Positions 38,789 through 49,774 of a stretch of 64,000 bases of DNA are shown piece after piece. Source of the stretch: Thainema sp. (GTDB lineage: Bacteria; Cyanobacteriota; Cyanobacteriia; Phormidesmidales; Phormidesmidaceae); NCBI GenBank assembly GCA_052168235.1, contig JBQLZK010000014.1, positions 56,495 through 120,494 of the forward strand. The letters run 5' to 3'. A program made the position numbers and the translations under genes. Each line of letters starts with the position of its first letter. The first letter of the stretch is position 1. The notes under the pieces are model-generated. The model was given only the letters and a program-made list of their open reading frames with translations. It was not told the DNA's origin and did not search any database.

Positions 38789-39979
38789 CTATGCTGTCTT
38801 GACGCTGGGATCAGCCAGTACTTGCCGCAGCGCCTCCAGCAGCAGCACCACATTTTCACGGCGGCTGTTATACCCCATCAGGCCAATCCGCCAAACCTGA
38901 CCCGCTAGTTCTCCTAAACCGCCGCCGATCTCGATGTTGTAATCCATCAGTAACTTGCGACCGACAGCTTTACCGTCGATTCCGGCAGGAATCCGCACAG
39001 TAGTTAGCGTTGGCAGGCGAGTTGCCTCATCAACATGACAAGCCAACCCCATGTCGGCTAAACCATCCCAGAGCAACTTGGCATTGGCCCGATGCCGTTC
39101 CCAGCGAGCGTCTAAACCTTCTTCCGCAATCAGGCGCAACGCTTCCCGCATCGCATAGTTCATATTGACCGGAGCCGTGTGGTGATAAACGCGATCGCGA
39201 CCCCAGTATTTATTCAGCAGGTTGATGTCTAAATACCAATTCGAAATTGGTGTGCGACGACGCATTACTTTTTCCATCGCCCGTGGGCCGAGGGTGAGGG
39301 GCGAAATTCCCGGCGGTGCGCTCAGCCCCTTTTGACCACAGCTATAGGCCAAATCTACGCCCCAAGCATCGAGAAACAGCGGCACGCCGCCCAAACTGGT
39401 CACGGTGTCCAGCAGCAGCAGACAGTCAAACTCACGGCAGAGATCACCAACCCCTTCTAGTGGTTGCCGCGCCCCGGTCGAAGTCTCAGCGTGAACCAGA
39501 CACAGTACGGCTGGACGATGGGTTTCCATTGCGGCGCGTAGCTCATCCAGCGAAAATACCTGGCCCCAGGGTTTATGAATTTGCTGCACAGTTGCACCGT
39601 AGCGTCCGGCCATATCCACCAGGCGATGGCCAAAGTAGCCCATAACGCCCACCAGCACCACATCGCCGGGTTCAACGACATTCGCTAACGTGGCCTCCAT
39701 GGCCGCGCTGCCTGCACCGCTGACTGAAATCGTCGTTTCGTTGTCGGTTTGCCAGGTGTAGCGCAGTAATTCCTGCACGTCATTCATCACCTGCAAATAG
39801 CGGGGATCAAGATGACCAATCGGCTGGAGTGCCATCGCTTGCAGCACCAGCGGATGGGCATTCGATGGCCCTGGGCCAAGCAGCAAGCAGGGAGGCAAAT
39901 TGAGCTGAGGAACGGTCGCTCGATGGGCGTTATTGACTGCTGCCTGATTTGTCTGATTGGTAGGGATGGATGCCGTCAT
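38789..39979 (-). CDS. Alanine-glyoxylate/serine-pyruvate aminotransferase (class V PLP)
   Basis: [34 protein letters not shown] (PLP Lys), YHHTAP, WRIGLMG. Confidence 0.95.
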   Translation of the reverse strand: MTASIPTNQTNQAAVNNAHRATVPQLNLPPCLLLGPGPSNAHPLVLQAMALQPIGHLDPRYLQVMNDVQELLRYTWQTDNETTISVSGAGSAAMEATLANVVEPGDVVLVGVMGYFGHRLVDMAGRYGATVQQIHKPWGQVFSLDELRAAMETHRPAVLCLVHAETSTGARQPLEGVGDLCREFDCLLLLDTVTSLGGVPLFLDAWGVDLAYSCGQKGLSAPPGISPLTLGPRAMEKVMRRRTPISNWYLDINLLNKYWGRDRVYHHTAPVNMNYAMREALRLIAEEGLDARWERHRANAKLLWDGLADMGLACHVDEATRLPTLTTVRIPAGIDGKAVGRKLLMDYNIEIGGGLGELAGQVWRIGLMGYNSRRENVVLLLEALRQVLADPSVKTA

Positions 39980-40408
39980 GGGAAAAATAAAAATTAGTTA
40001 TGAACAGGACGCATGAACAAACTGAATCGTAACCAATGAACCGCGATCGCAATTGTCCCATATAGCCGGACCCTAACCGCCAGATTTGCCGATACTCGCC
40101 GCATCGTCTTAAAATTTGTTACAGTTTTGGCAGCGGCACTATGGAGGGGATGAGGCAATCGCCTCATAAGCCTCATCTCTTAAAACTAATTCACCCATTT
40201 AGATGATTCGGAATCAGCACTTTCACACAGGTATCTCAGAAATAGCAGTGCTCGAATTGCTAACTGAAAAATTTACTGATTGACTGAACAGTCAGTAGCA
40301 TTTACAGATCATTCGCAGAAGACTAGCGACTTACCAAGAGTTGTAGTCCAAAAAATAGCGAACAGAACACAGACGTATAAACGCAGACGTACATAGGCAG
40401 GAGGGTTC

Positions 40409-42145
40409 ATGCTGCGACTAGAGCGAATTAGCAAAATTTATCCAACCGGAGAAGTGCTGAAAGATGTGACCTGGGAAGTTAAACCGGGCAATCGAATTGG
40501 CCTAGTCGGAGTCAATGGCGCAGGCAAATCCACCCAGCTCAAAATCATCGCCGGAGAAGTTGAACCCACTACGGGAGAAGTGATTCGCCCCAGCAATTTG
40601 CACATTGCCTATTTAACTCAGGAGTTTGAAGTTGATCCCAGCCGCACCGTACGAGAAGAATTCTGGACAGTGTTTCAAGAAGCGAACCATGTGCAGCAGC
40701 GCCTCGCTCACGTCACTCGCGATATGGAATCAGCCGATCCCGAACAGCTTGACGAATTGATCCACGAAATGGATCGGCTCCAGCGCAAGTTTGAAGCATT
40801 AGACGGCTACGGGTTAGAAGCGCGGATTGAGAAAATTCTGCCCGAAATGGGATTCACTGCCGACGATGGGGATCGCCTAGTTAGCGCCTTCAGCGGTGGC
40901 TGGCAGATGCGGATGAGTTTGGGCAAAATTCTGCTGCAAGAACCGGATCTGCTGCTGCTGGACGAGCCGACTAACCACCTGGATTTGGAAACCATCGAGT
41001 GGCTGGAAATCTATCTCAAAGACCTCAATACGCCAATGGTGATTGTCTCCCACGACCGGGAGTTCTTGGATCGCCTATGTACTCACATTGTTGAAACTGA
41101 ACGCGGCGTTTCCACCACCTATCTCGGCAACTACACGGCCTATCTGGAGCAAAAAGCTGAGGCCAAGATTGCCCAGCAAGCCACCTACGAGCGGCAGCAG
41201 AAGGAAATTGAGAAACAGCAGGTCTTTATCGAGCGATTTCGGGCCAGCGCCACTCGCAGCACCCAGGCCAAGAGCCGCGAGAAACAGCTAGAAAAGATCG
41301 AGCTAGTGGAAGCTCCCGAGAGCGATCTCAGGGGGATGCGGTTCAAGTTTCCGCCTGCTCCCCGCAGCGGTCGTGAGGTGGTGGATATTCAAAATTTAGT
41401 CCATACCTACAACGACAATATTTTGTTTCTGGACGCCAATCTACTGATTGAACGGGGCGATCGCATTGCCTTTTTAGGGCCGAACGGCTGCGGCAAATCA
41501 ACCCTATTGCGCTTCATGATGGGCATTGAACCCCATGAGGACGGTGTGGTTAGGTTAGGGGATCATAATGTAATTCCCGGTTATTTTGAGCAGAATCAGG
41601 CTGAGGCGCTAGATTTAAACAAAACGGTGGTGGACACCATTCATGACGAGGTGCCCGACTGGAAAACGGAAGAAGTGCGATCGCTGTTGGGACGCTTTTT
41701 GTTTAGTGGCGATGTGGTCTTTAAGCCAGTCCAAGCGCTGAGTGGTGGAGAAAAAGCGCGTTTAGCACTCGCCAAAATGTTACTAAGACCAGCCAATTTG
41801 CTGATTTTAGATGAGCCAACGAACCACCTCGACATTCCGGCTAAAGAGATGCTGGAAACCGCACTACAGGAGTACGATGGCACGGTCGTAATTGTTTCTC
41901 ACGATCGATACTTCATTTCCCAGGTTGCCAATAAGATTGTCGAAATTCGAGATGGAGAACTGCATCTCTATCGGGGTGATTACCACTACTATCTCGACAA
42001 AATTGCCGAAACAAAAGAACGCGCTCGACTAGAAGAACTTGATCGTCAAAAGGCGGATAAGGCAGCCGCTAAACGAGACAAGCAGCGAGCAAAACAAAAG
42101 GAAAAGGCAGCACAGCGTAAGGCATCAGCCAAAGCGAATCAGTAA
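40409..42145 (+). CDS. ABC-F family ATPase
   Basis: Two ABC domains (GVNGAGKST/FSGGW/LDEPTNHLD and GPNGCGKST/LSGGE), no TM domain, linker QAKSREK. Confidence 0.95.
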   Translation: MLRLERISKIYPTGEVLKDVTWEVKPGNRIGLVGVNGAGKSTQLKIIAGEVEPTTGEVIRPSNLHIAYLTQEFEVDPSRTVREEFWTVFQEANHVQQRLAHVTRDMESADPEQLDELIHEMDRLQRKFEALDGYGLEARIEKILPEMGFTADDGDRLVSAFSGGWQMRMSLGKILLQEPDLLLLDEPTNHLDLETIEWLEIYLKDLNTPMVIVSHDREFLDRLCTHIVETERGVSTTYLGNYTAYLEQKAEAKIAQQATYERQQKEIEKQQVFIERFRASATRSTQAKSREKQLEKIELVEAPESDLRGMRFKFPPAPRSGREVVDIQNLVHTYNDNILFLDANLLIERGDRIAFLGPNGCGKSTLLRFMMGIEPHEDGVVRLGDHNVIPGYFEQNQAEALDLNKTVVDTIHDEVPDWKTEEVRSLLGRFLFSGDVVFKPVQALSGGEKARLALAKMLLRPANLLILDEPTNHLDIPAKEMLETALQEYDGTVVIVSHDRYFISQVANKIVEIRDGELHLYRGDYHYYLDKIAETKERARLEELDRQKADKAAAKRDKQRAKQKEKAAQRKASAKANQ

Positions 42146-42341
42146 TTAGCTAGTCATCGCCTAGCTGCTTTGTTTGATGGCGAGCAGAAAAAATAACGAT
42201 TTGATGTTATCAGTAGATTTCGATCTTATTTAATAACTGCGCGTCATCTTACTCCCTTGCCGTAATTGCGAGGACTCAATGGTATCATTGCGAAGAAATC
42301 ATCAATATTCAATTGCAAACAACGCAGAAGGGCATTCAGGC

Positions 42342-43949
42342 ATGGCACAAGCGTCTGTTTCTCCAGTCGTACTTGTTATCCTAGACGGCTGGGGTTACCG
42401 AGAGGATAGCAGTGGTAATGCGATCGCAGTAGCCAATACGCCTGTCATTGATAGCCTTTGGGAAGTGTATCCCCATACGCTAATTCAGACTTCTGGTAAG
42501 GATGTTGGACTACCGGATGGCCAAATGGGTAATTCCGAAGTTGGTCATCTTAATATTGGTGCCGGTCGCGTTGTTCCACAAGAATTAGTTCGAATTTCAG
42601 ACGCCGTTGAAGACGGCAGTATTGCCCAAAACCCTTCACTTTTAGAAACCTTTCAGGTTGTCAAAGCACAGGGCGGCAAACTGCATCTAGTCGGTTTATG
42701 CTCCGAAGGCGGAGTTCACTCCCACGTTGAGCATCTTTTTGGCCTATTGGAAGCCGCCAAGCAGCATGGCGTCACAGATATCTGTATCCATGCCATCACC
42801 GATGGTCGAGATACCAAACCGACCGAAGCGAAAGCCGTGATTCAGACCATTGAAGAGCGGATTGCCCAAATTGGCGTGGGCCGCATCGTAACCTTGATGG
42901 GGCGTTACTACGCGATGGATCGCGATCGCCGCTGGGATCGGGTACAGAAAGCCTACGGCACCATGACCCAAGACGGCAGTGGTGTCGATCAGTCACTCAT
43001 GGAACTGATTCAGGCTTCCTATGATCAAGAGATTACGGACGAGTTTATCGATCCCGTTCGGGTCGCTCCCGGTGCTGTTGAACCCAATGACGGCGTCATT
43101 TTCTTCAACTTCCGTCCGGATCGGGCGCGGCAGTTGACTCAAGCGTTTGTGGATGCCGACTTTGCTGGCTTTGAACGCGAATACGTTCAGCCATTAGCAT
43201 TTTGTACGTTTACCCAGTACGATCCCAATTTTCCGGTACAGGTGGCGTTTCAGCCACAAAACTTGAGCAACATCTTAGGTGAGGTGGTTGCCAATCAGGG
43301 CTTGCGTCAGTTTCGAACGGCTGAAACGGAAAAATATGCCCATGTCACCTACTTCTTCAATGGTGGCCTAGAGGAACCGTTTAAGGGAGAGGATCGGGAA
43401 CTGGTATCCAGTCCAATGGTTGCCACTTATGATCGGGCACCGGAGATGTCGGCCAGGGCGGTGACGGATGTTGCGATCGCAGCCATCAAAAAGCAAGTTT
43501 ACTCTCTGGTGGTCATGAACTACGCCAACCCCGATATGGTTGGGCATACGGGCGTCATGGATGCGGCAGTTCAAGCAATTGAAGCTGTTGATAAATCCTT
43601 GGGTCGATTACTAGAGTCAATTAGCCAAGTCGGTGGCACGGCCATTATCATTGCCGATCACGGTAACGCCGAGTACATGTGGGATGAGCAAGGCAATCCT
43701 TGGACAGCCCACACCACGAATCCGGTTCCCTTCATCTTGATTGAAGGGGAGCGCCGCAAAATTCCAGGACACGGCACCGATGTCCGACTGCGCGAAGATG
43801 GTCGGCTGTCCGATATCGCTCCCACCATCTTGGACATCTTGCAGGTTCCTCAGCCACCTGAAATGACGGGTCGTTCGATGATCCTGCCAGCGGAAGTGGA
43901 TGTAAAACCTAACCGTTCTCCCATTCGCGTGCCACTGGCACACAAGTAG
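42342..43949 (+). CDS. gpmI: 2,3-bisphosphoglycerate-independent phosphoglycerate mutase
   Basis: VILDGWG, GQMGNSEVGH, DGRD, RYYAMDRD, NFRPDR, AETEKYAHVT, DMVGH, ADHGN. Confidence 0.98.
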   Translation: MAQASVSPVVLVILDGWGYREDSSGNAIAVANTPVIDSLWEVYPHTLIQTSGKDVGLPDGQMGNSEVGHLNIGAGRVVPQELVRISDAVEDGSIAQNPSLLETFQVVKAQGGKLHLVGLCSEGGVHSHVEHLFGLLEAAKQHGVTDICIHAITDGRDTKPTEAKAVIQTIEERIAQIGVGRIVTLMGRYYAMDRDRRWDRVQKAYGTMTQDGSGVDQSLMELIQASYDQEITDEFIDPVRVAPGAVEPNDGVIFFNFRPDRARQLTQAFVDADFAGFEREYVQPLAFCTFTQYDPNFPVQVAFQPQNLSNILGEVVANQGLRQFRTAETEKYAHVTYFFNGGLEEPFKGEDRELVSSPMVATYDRAPEMSARAVTDVAIAAIKKQVYSLVVMNYANPDMVGHTGVMDAAVQAIEAVDKSLGRLLESISQVGGTAIIIADHGNAEYMWDEQGNPWTAHTTNPVPFILIEGERRKIPGHGTDVRLREDGRLSDIAPTILDILQVPQPPEMTGRSMILPAEVDVKPNRSPIRVPLAHK

Positions 43950-44075
43950 ACATTGCTGAATTGGCATACAGCTCAGATATAGCGACAGTGTCGCTGTATC
44001 TAAGTGATCATTACCAGTCGGTACCAGATCTCAGTAATATAGATAAACAGATTAAGTTTTATCGGCGCAAGTCTT

Positions 44076-44303
44076 ATGTCACTCGAAACAGTAGTCCAAA
44101 TTCTCTGGGGACTGTCCGCCCTGGGTCTGATCATTCTCGTACTGCTCCATAGTCCCAAAGGCGACGGTTTAGGCGGGATCGGTGGTCAAGCTCAGCTTTT
44201 CACCAGTACCAAAAGCGCTGAAACAACCCTTAATCGCGCAACTTGGACATTGACTATCGTATTCATGGGTTTGACCGCTGTTATGAGTGGAGGCTGGATT
44301 TAA
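44076..44303 (+). CDS. secG: Preprotein translocase subunit SecG
   Basis: VLLHSPKGDGLGGIGG...SAETTLNR.TW; follows gpmI. Confidence 0.95.
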   Translation: MSLETVVQILWGLSALGLIILVLLHSPKGDGLGGIGGQAQLFTSTKSAETTLNRATWTLTIVFMGLTAVMSGGWI

Positions 44304-44512
44304 CCGCCCCCTTTCGACCGACACCCATCCAATTTGGTATTATTTCAAATCCTAGGAGGCTTTGTTGCTGGTCATCAGTGACAGAGCCTTCTTTGTTTAA
44401 GACTAGGCGTTTCTTTTCAGCACTCAACGCCTTTAAAAGTAGCCATGTAGTAAGCAACTCTTACGGCACTTACAGCGTCAAGAATACAGATGGGATCAAA
44501 CTGTAACCGTTA

Positions 44513-45358
44513 ATGATCAAGATGAGATTGAGACGAGATCAGCAATTCTGGAAGTTGAAAGTCAAGCTAGTGGCAGGTGCGATCGCAACTCTCATCCTGG
44601 TGTCATTCGCCAGTTCATTCTTCCAGCAACCATCAATCTGGATTCCCCCTACCTATGCTCAGATAGCAAATCCAGATCAAAACAACCCGTCTCCTGCTCT
44701 AAAACTCCCTCACTCAGCAGTTCATCCTTTCCCTGATCCGTTAGCAGAATGGCAAGATCCGAATCAATCCGGTGATTATTTCGATCAGGTTGAACAGCTT
44801 GAAGTCGGCTACCTAATTTGGTCAGAGTTTCCGGTTCGCGTCTATGTGGAGCCGATCACAGCGGATGACTCGTTTGCATTGCAGGTGAGATCGCAACGAT
44901 GGCACGAAGCTGTGATTCAGGCTGTGCAAGATTGGCAACCTTATTTCCCGCTGCAAATAGAATCCAATCCAGATGCTGCCCACATCAAAGTTTGGCGACG
45001 CTCACCACCGTTACAGATTAATGCAGCAGGTCAGTTTCGCAGTCGTGCCGCCGAAACCCGTTATGCGCTGTATCGGCAACGCTCAGGAGAGGGTGAACCC
45101 GTCCTCACCCATCGCGTGGAAATCTTTATCCGACCTGACCAATCACCTGATCATTTACAAGGCTCGGCTCGCCATGAAATCGGTCATGCGCTGGGAATTT
45201 GGGGGCACAGTCTACTCGATACAGATGCACTCTACTATTCTCAAGTTCGCAGTCCTGTCCCGGTTTCAGCCCGCGATATCAACACCCTTAAGCGGATTTA
45301 TCAACAACCCACTCGTTTAGGATGGCCATTGCCCAAGTCGCTTCTGAGACAACTCTGA
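44513..45358 (+). CDS. Exported metzincin (matrixin-like) peptidase
   Basis: RHEIGHALGIWGHS...DALY...S.RDINTLKRIY; N-terminal signal/TM segment. Confidence 0.88.
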   Translation: MIKMRLRRDQQFWKLKVKLVAGAIATLILVSFASSFFQQPSIWIPPTYAQIANPDQNNPSPALKLPHSAVHPFPDPLAEWQDPNQSGDYFDQVEQLEVGYLIWSEFPVRVYVEPITADDSFALQVRSQRWHEAVIQAVQDWQPYFPLQIESNPDAAHIKVWRRSPPLQINAAGQFRSRAAETRYALYRQRSGEGEPVLTHRVEIFIRPDQSPDHLQGSARHEIGHALGIWGHSLLDTDALYYSQVRSPVPVSARDINTLKRIYQQPTRLGWPLPKSLLRQL

Positions 45359-45460
45359 TTCGCTAACAAGTTTGTTAACAAAAAGATATATTTATCGGCT
45401 ATTCTGTCAACCAAATTAAGAACTTATTAAAAACTCTGCCAAATTTGATATTCTACGGAT

Positions 45461-45549
45461 ATTTTAATGTTCAAGATACCTCCTAACTGCGTCTCCAGCT
45501 CCATCCGGCGATATGGATTCACTAGCGTCGATGGAGCTGTTATTCTTGT
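45461..45549 (+). ncRNA. Candidate small RNA with anti-SD motif
   Basis: TG-n-TATTCT at 45446-45454, ACCTCCT at 45478-45484, stem CAGCTCCATC/GATGGAGCTG then a T-rich tail; ends are estimates. Confidence 0.35.
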
Positions 45550-45576
45550 TAACCCCTTTTGGGCTAGCTAACGTAT

Positions 45577-45936
45577 TTACCGTTGACGCGTAATATCAAC
45601 TTTTACTTCTCCGCTGAAGTTGGGAATTGGCGCACTCGGCTTGCTCAACTCAACCCGAACTTGGGTCACCCGATCATCTGTCGCTAAAACCATGTTCGCA
45701 ATCTTGCTGGCTAGCGACTCTATCAGTGCACAGCGCTCCGTTTGAATCAACTGCTGAGTCGTCTCAATCACCGATCGATAATCCAGCGTATCCCCAATGC
45801 GATCGCTACTTCCCGCCTGGGATAAATCAATCCAAATTGTTAAATCAACGTTGAACCACTGCCCCAGCACCTGTTCTTCCGGCAGATATCCAACATAGCC
45901 ATAGGCTCGAATTGCGGAAAGCTGAATTGAGTCCAT
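45577..45936 (-). CDS. folB: Dihydroneopterin aldolase
   Basis: YGYVG.LPEE..LGQWF.VDL, SD...DTLDY, LIESLA, KPSAPI. Confidence 0.95.
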   Translation of the reverse strand: MDSIQLSAIRAYGYVGYLPEEQVLGQWFNVDLTIWIDLSQAGSSDRIGDTLDYRSVIETTQQLIQTERCALIESLASKIANMVLATDDRVTQVRVELSKPSAPIPNFSGEVKVDITRQR

Positions 45937-46206
45937 TCTGAGTCTTTGATGGGGTCATACAAAAGTACATGTAAGCCCTGTCATGATATAGCCTGACAAA
46001 ATACTAGTCCCACAAAATATAGCGCTACGAGTTTGGAATCAGGTAGATGGTTTTTGAGAACCTATTCACAGCTTGGCTTCTCAAAAATTGCTGTCTCAAC
46101 TGATTACGTCAGACCATATGAGCCGCGTTGAATCAACAAAAAAGCTGGGTTCTTGAGAAACCCAGCTGCTCCGAGGTCAATTTAGACTTGGAAAGTTTGA
46201 TTAAGT

Positions 46207-47820
46207 CTAATCAATCGTCTCAGCGATGATATCTTGTGAGCCTGTTATAGCAATTTCAGGCGCGCGTTGAATCTGGGAGTAAAGCGGCTGTGGCCGTTCA
46301 GCAATCAGTGGCAAAACGTCTCGTGCCCGACTAGCCACTTCAACTGTCTTGACTTCATAAGTTTGAATCGCCAGCTTAGGATAAACTCCGATCGCAATAA
46401 TCGGCACAATCAGACAGAGGGCGATGAAGGCTTCACGAGGCTTGGCATCTAAACCGAAGGACGGTAGCTCTAGCTGGAGGGTATGCTTGCCGTAGAATAC
46501 CTGACGCAGCATCGACAGCAGGTAAATCGGAGTCAATACTACTCCAATCGCAGCCAAGATAATCACGATAGCTCGGAACGTTGTGCCATAGACATCGCTC
46601 ATGCTGAAGCCGAGGAACACCGTTAGCTCACTAACAAAACCACTCATGCCGGGTAGCGCCAGAGATGCCAGGGAACCTGCGGTAAACAGCGCAAACACAG
46701 TCGGCATGTCTTTAGCCAATCCACCCATTTTGTCCATCAGCAGAGTATGGGTGCGTTCGTAGGTGACACCGGACAAGAAGAAGAGAGCTGCTGCAATCAG
46801 ACCGTGAGAAATCATCTGGAGCAACGCGCCCGTGATACCAAGGCTGGTGAATGCTGCCAAGCCAATTAGGACAAATCCCATGTGGGCAATGGACGAATAA
46901 GCCATGCGGCGCTTCAGGTTCTTCTGCGCAAATGCGGTCAGAGAAGCGTAAACGATGTTGATGGCACCGAGAACAGCAAGAGTGGGCGCAACCGTTGCGT
47001 GGGCATTCGGCAGCATTTCAATGTTCATCCGGATTAATCCGTAACCCGCCATTTTCAGCAGTACTCCGGCCAGAATCATGGAAACAGGCGCAGGAGCTTC
47101 GCTGTGGGCATCGGGCAACCAAGTGTGGAAGGGGAAAATGGGCAGCTTAACGCCAAAGGCAATAAACAGAGCTGTGTAGACCAGCAGTTCAAACGTCAGC
47201 GAGTAGTCTTTTAAGGCTAATTCAGACAGGTTGAAGGTGATGTTGTCGCCATAGAACGCCATCGCGAGGGCTGCGACCAAGATGAAGATGGATGCGATCG
47301 CAGTGTAGAGAATAAACTTTGTTGCCGCGTATAGCTTGTTCTGTCCGCCCCAGATTGAAATCAGCAGATAAACCGGGACAAGTTCCAATTCCCAAGAAAT
47401 AAAGAACAGCAAGATGTCCTGGGAGGCAAATACAGCAATTTGCGCTGTATACATCGCCAATATCAGGAAGAAGAACAGCCGCGCCTTATGGGTAATATTC
47501 CACGCTGCCAAAATGCTCAGTGTTGTAATCAAGCCAGTGAGAATAACCAGTGGCATCGACAGGCCATCAACACCAACCGACCAGTTCAAGCCAATCTGGG
47601 GTACCCAGGGATAGATATCGATCAGCTGTAGCCCAGGATTGTGGACATCGTAGTAGCGCCCAAAGGTGAAGAGGATTAGGGCAAACTCAAGTACTCCTAC
47701 AGCGAGTGCATACCAGCGAACTGTTTTGCCCTCATCCCGAGGAAGCAGGGGAATGAATGAAGCGGCCACCAGAGGAAAAAATGTAATGGCCGTTAACCAA
47801 GGAAATTCGGCACTAATCAT
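46207..47820 (-). CDS. ndhD: NAD(P)H-quinone oxidoreductase subunit 4 (NdhD paralog)
   Basis: [60 protein letters not shown]; stand-alone gene; D1/D2 type not resolved. Confidence 0.93.
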   Translation of the reverse strand: MISAEFPWLTAITFFPLVAASFIPLLPRDEGKTVRWYALAVGVLEFALILFTFGRYYDVHNPGLQLIDIYPWVPQIGLNWSVGVDGLSMPLVILTGLITTLSILAAWNITHKARLFFFLILAMYTAQIAVFASQDILLFFISWELELVPVYLLISIWGGQNKLYAATKFILYTAIASIFILVAALAMAFYGDNITFNLSELALKDYSLTFELLVYTALFIAFGVKLPIFPFHTWLPDAHSEAPAPVSMILAGVLLKMAGYGLIRMNIEMLPNAHATVAPTLAVLGAINIVYASLTAFAQKNLKRRMAYSSIAHMGFVLIGLAAFTSLGITGALLQMISHGLIAAALFFLSGVTYERTHTLLMDKMGGLAKDMPTVFALFTAGSLASLALPGMSGFVSELTVFLGFSMSDVYGTTFRAIVIILAAIGVVLTPIYLLSMLRQVFYGKHTLQLELPSFGLDAKPREAFIALCLIVPIIAIGVYPKLAIQTYEVKTVEVASRARDVLPLIAERPQPLYSQIQRAPEIAITGSQDIIAETID

Positions 47821-48498
47821 CGCAACTCATCTCACATGCAACTTCAACAGCAATGCATCTAAACTCCAACTTTGGCTGGTCGTCATCTTGCCGATAACTG
47901 TCGGTCGTGGATTTGGCCGAAGTGTAGGGAATCGATCAACAGGCGTCCGAATGTAGCTAGCGCGAATACCTTACCTGATCAGAATGATTCAGTGAATCAT
48001 AGAGACCTATCTTGATGGGCGTCTGAATACCAATTCCAGCATGTAACTATGGCGAACTAGACCAACACGGTGGTGTAAATTTAGATAAGGATAATTACCT
48101 ATTGACTCGTACAAGCAACAGTATATTAACTTTTTTGTACTTTTGATAAGGGAATTTCACGGAAAACACAAAAAAAATAGAAAAGCAAAGAATAGATAAA
48201 CCTCTTTGCTTTGGTTGTACGTCTTGCTGATAAAGGGATACGGCGATTGTGATGAGACGAAAATATTTATGTCCAACAGTTTTATGCCTGTAGAGTCAAC
48301 GCAGCCTGCACAACGTGAACAATTTGAGAACAGCAGGTCGGGAACTAAATGATGGCTAAGCGCAACAAATTGTCCTAAGTCGCTATGATCGACTAGGACT
48401 CGTGTCTCTATGTTTTGTAGCGATACAGCCTTGAGTTAGGGCATAAACGTTATTGTGTTTGCATTACTGTTGTCTGCGTTAGTGAGGTCACATCACGT

Positions 48499-49446
48499 AT
48501 GAGTCGTCTGAATCGCCGTCGCCAAGCAACCTGGATTCAAAAATGGGCGCGTCCATTGATTGCTGCGATCGCAGTGGTTGGAGCTGCAGGAACAGCCTAT
48601 TTGACTATTACCAAATTGATGGGGGGTAGTGCTGCTTGCCCAACAAGCGCTTGTGACCAAGTCCTCTACAGTCCCTACGCAGAAGTATTTGGCCTACCGC
48701 TGTCCCTCTTCGGCTCATTGGCCTACATCGGCATGGGCATAATGGCTGTTGCCCCACTGGTAATCTCCGAAAAGCAACAGCCTGACCTCCAGCGTCAGCT
48801 CAACCATTGGACTTGGTTGGGCCTGTTTATCGGTGCTGTAGCGATGGTTGTATTCAGTGGTTACCTGATGTACCTGCTGGCCTTTCAGATTCAAGCCGCT
48901 TGTATCTACTGCATTACGTCGGCGTTGCTGACGGTGGCGCTGCTAGTTATCACTCTAGCTGGCAATACTTGGAATGATAGAGGTCAGCTATTCTTTCTGG
49001 GCATTATCGTGGCCGTCCTAGTTTCAGTGGGCGCTCTAGGCGTATTTGCCAGTGCTGATAGCACTGGTACGATCGGCTCAGAAATAGACCAGTCTGCTCA
49101 ACAAGGCCCCGCTATTACCACCACATCTGGGCAGGCTGAAATTGCCCTCGCTCGTCACCTCACGGAAACTGGCGCTCAATTCTATGGTGCTTGGTGGTGC
49201 CCCCACTGCTACGACCAAAAGCAGCTCTTCGGGCAAGAAGCCTTCACCGCAGTGAATTACGTCGAATGTGCGAGTCCTGACGATCCACGCCAGCAAGCTG
49301 AAGCGTGCCAGACAGCTGGCATTACTAGCTATCCTACCTGGCAAATTAATGGCGAACTCTATCCTGGACAGCGGACGCTAGATGAACTGGCCGATTTATC
49401 CGGCTACACTGGCCCTCGTGATTTTCAAGCCAAGCCTGTTAGCTAA
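48499..49446 (+). CDS. Vitamin K epoxide reductase family protein with thioredoxin-like domain
   Basis: C..C..VL.SPYA, CIYC, YGAWWCPHC, YPTW. Confidence 0.93.
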   Translation: MSRLNRRRQATWIQKWARPLIAAIAVVGAAGTAYLTITKLMGGSAACPTSACDQVLYSPYAEVFGLPLSLFGSLAYIGMGIMAVAPLVISEKQQPDLQRQLNHWTWLGLFIGAVAMVVFSGYLMYLLAFQIQAACIYCITSALLTVALLVITLAGNTWNDRGQLFFLGIIVAVLVSVGALGVFASADSTGTIGSEIDQSAQQGPAITTTSGQAEIALARHLTETGAQFYGAWWCPHCYDQKQLFGQEAFTAVNYVECASPDDPRQQAEACQTAGITSYPTWQINGELYPGQRTLDELADLSGYTGPRDFQAKPVS

Positions 49447-49774
49447 ATCAAGCGAAGTAGAAATCGAGATTAAGAACTGGAGCTTTCGGAGCAGAAACGC
49501 TCCAGTTTTTATAGAAATAAAGTTCAAGCTAATTTAGTTTCTTGAAAGAGCGGTGTCGGAGATGTCGTTAGGAAACGGATCGGTACCAGACACAGTCAGA
49601 TAGATCGCTATGTACTGACGGCAAACATTTCATGTAAATGTTTTATTGGAGTTGGCATGGGGTCAGTTATGCCTGCTATACCTAGTTAAGCTAACTGCTC
49701 CCTACTCTAAAACAAATCCACAGCAGTTCTGGCTAACAGCATGATTTAACAAACTTCTATTCTCGAAACTCAGC

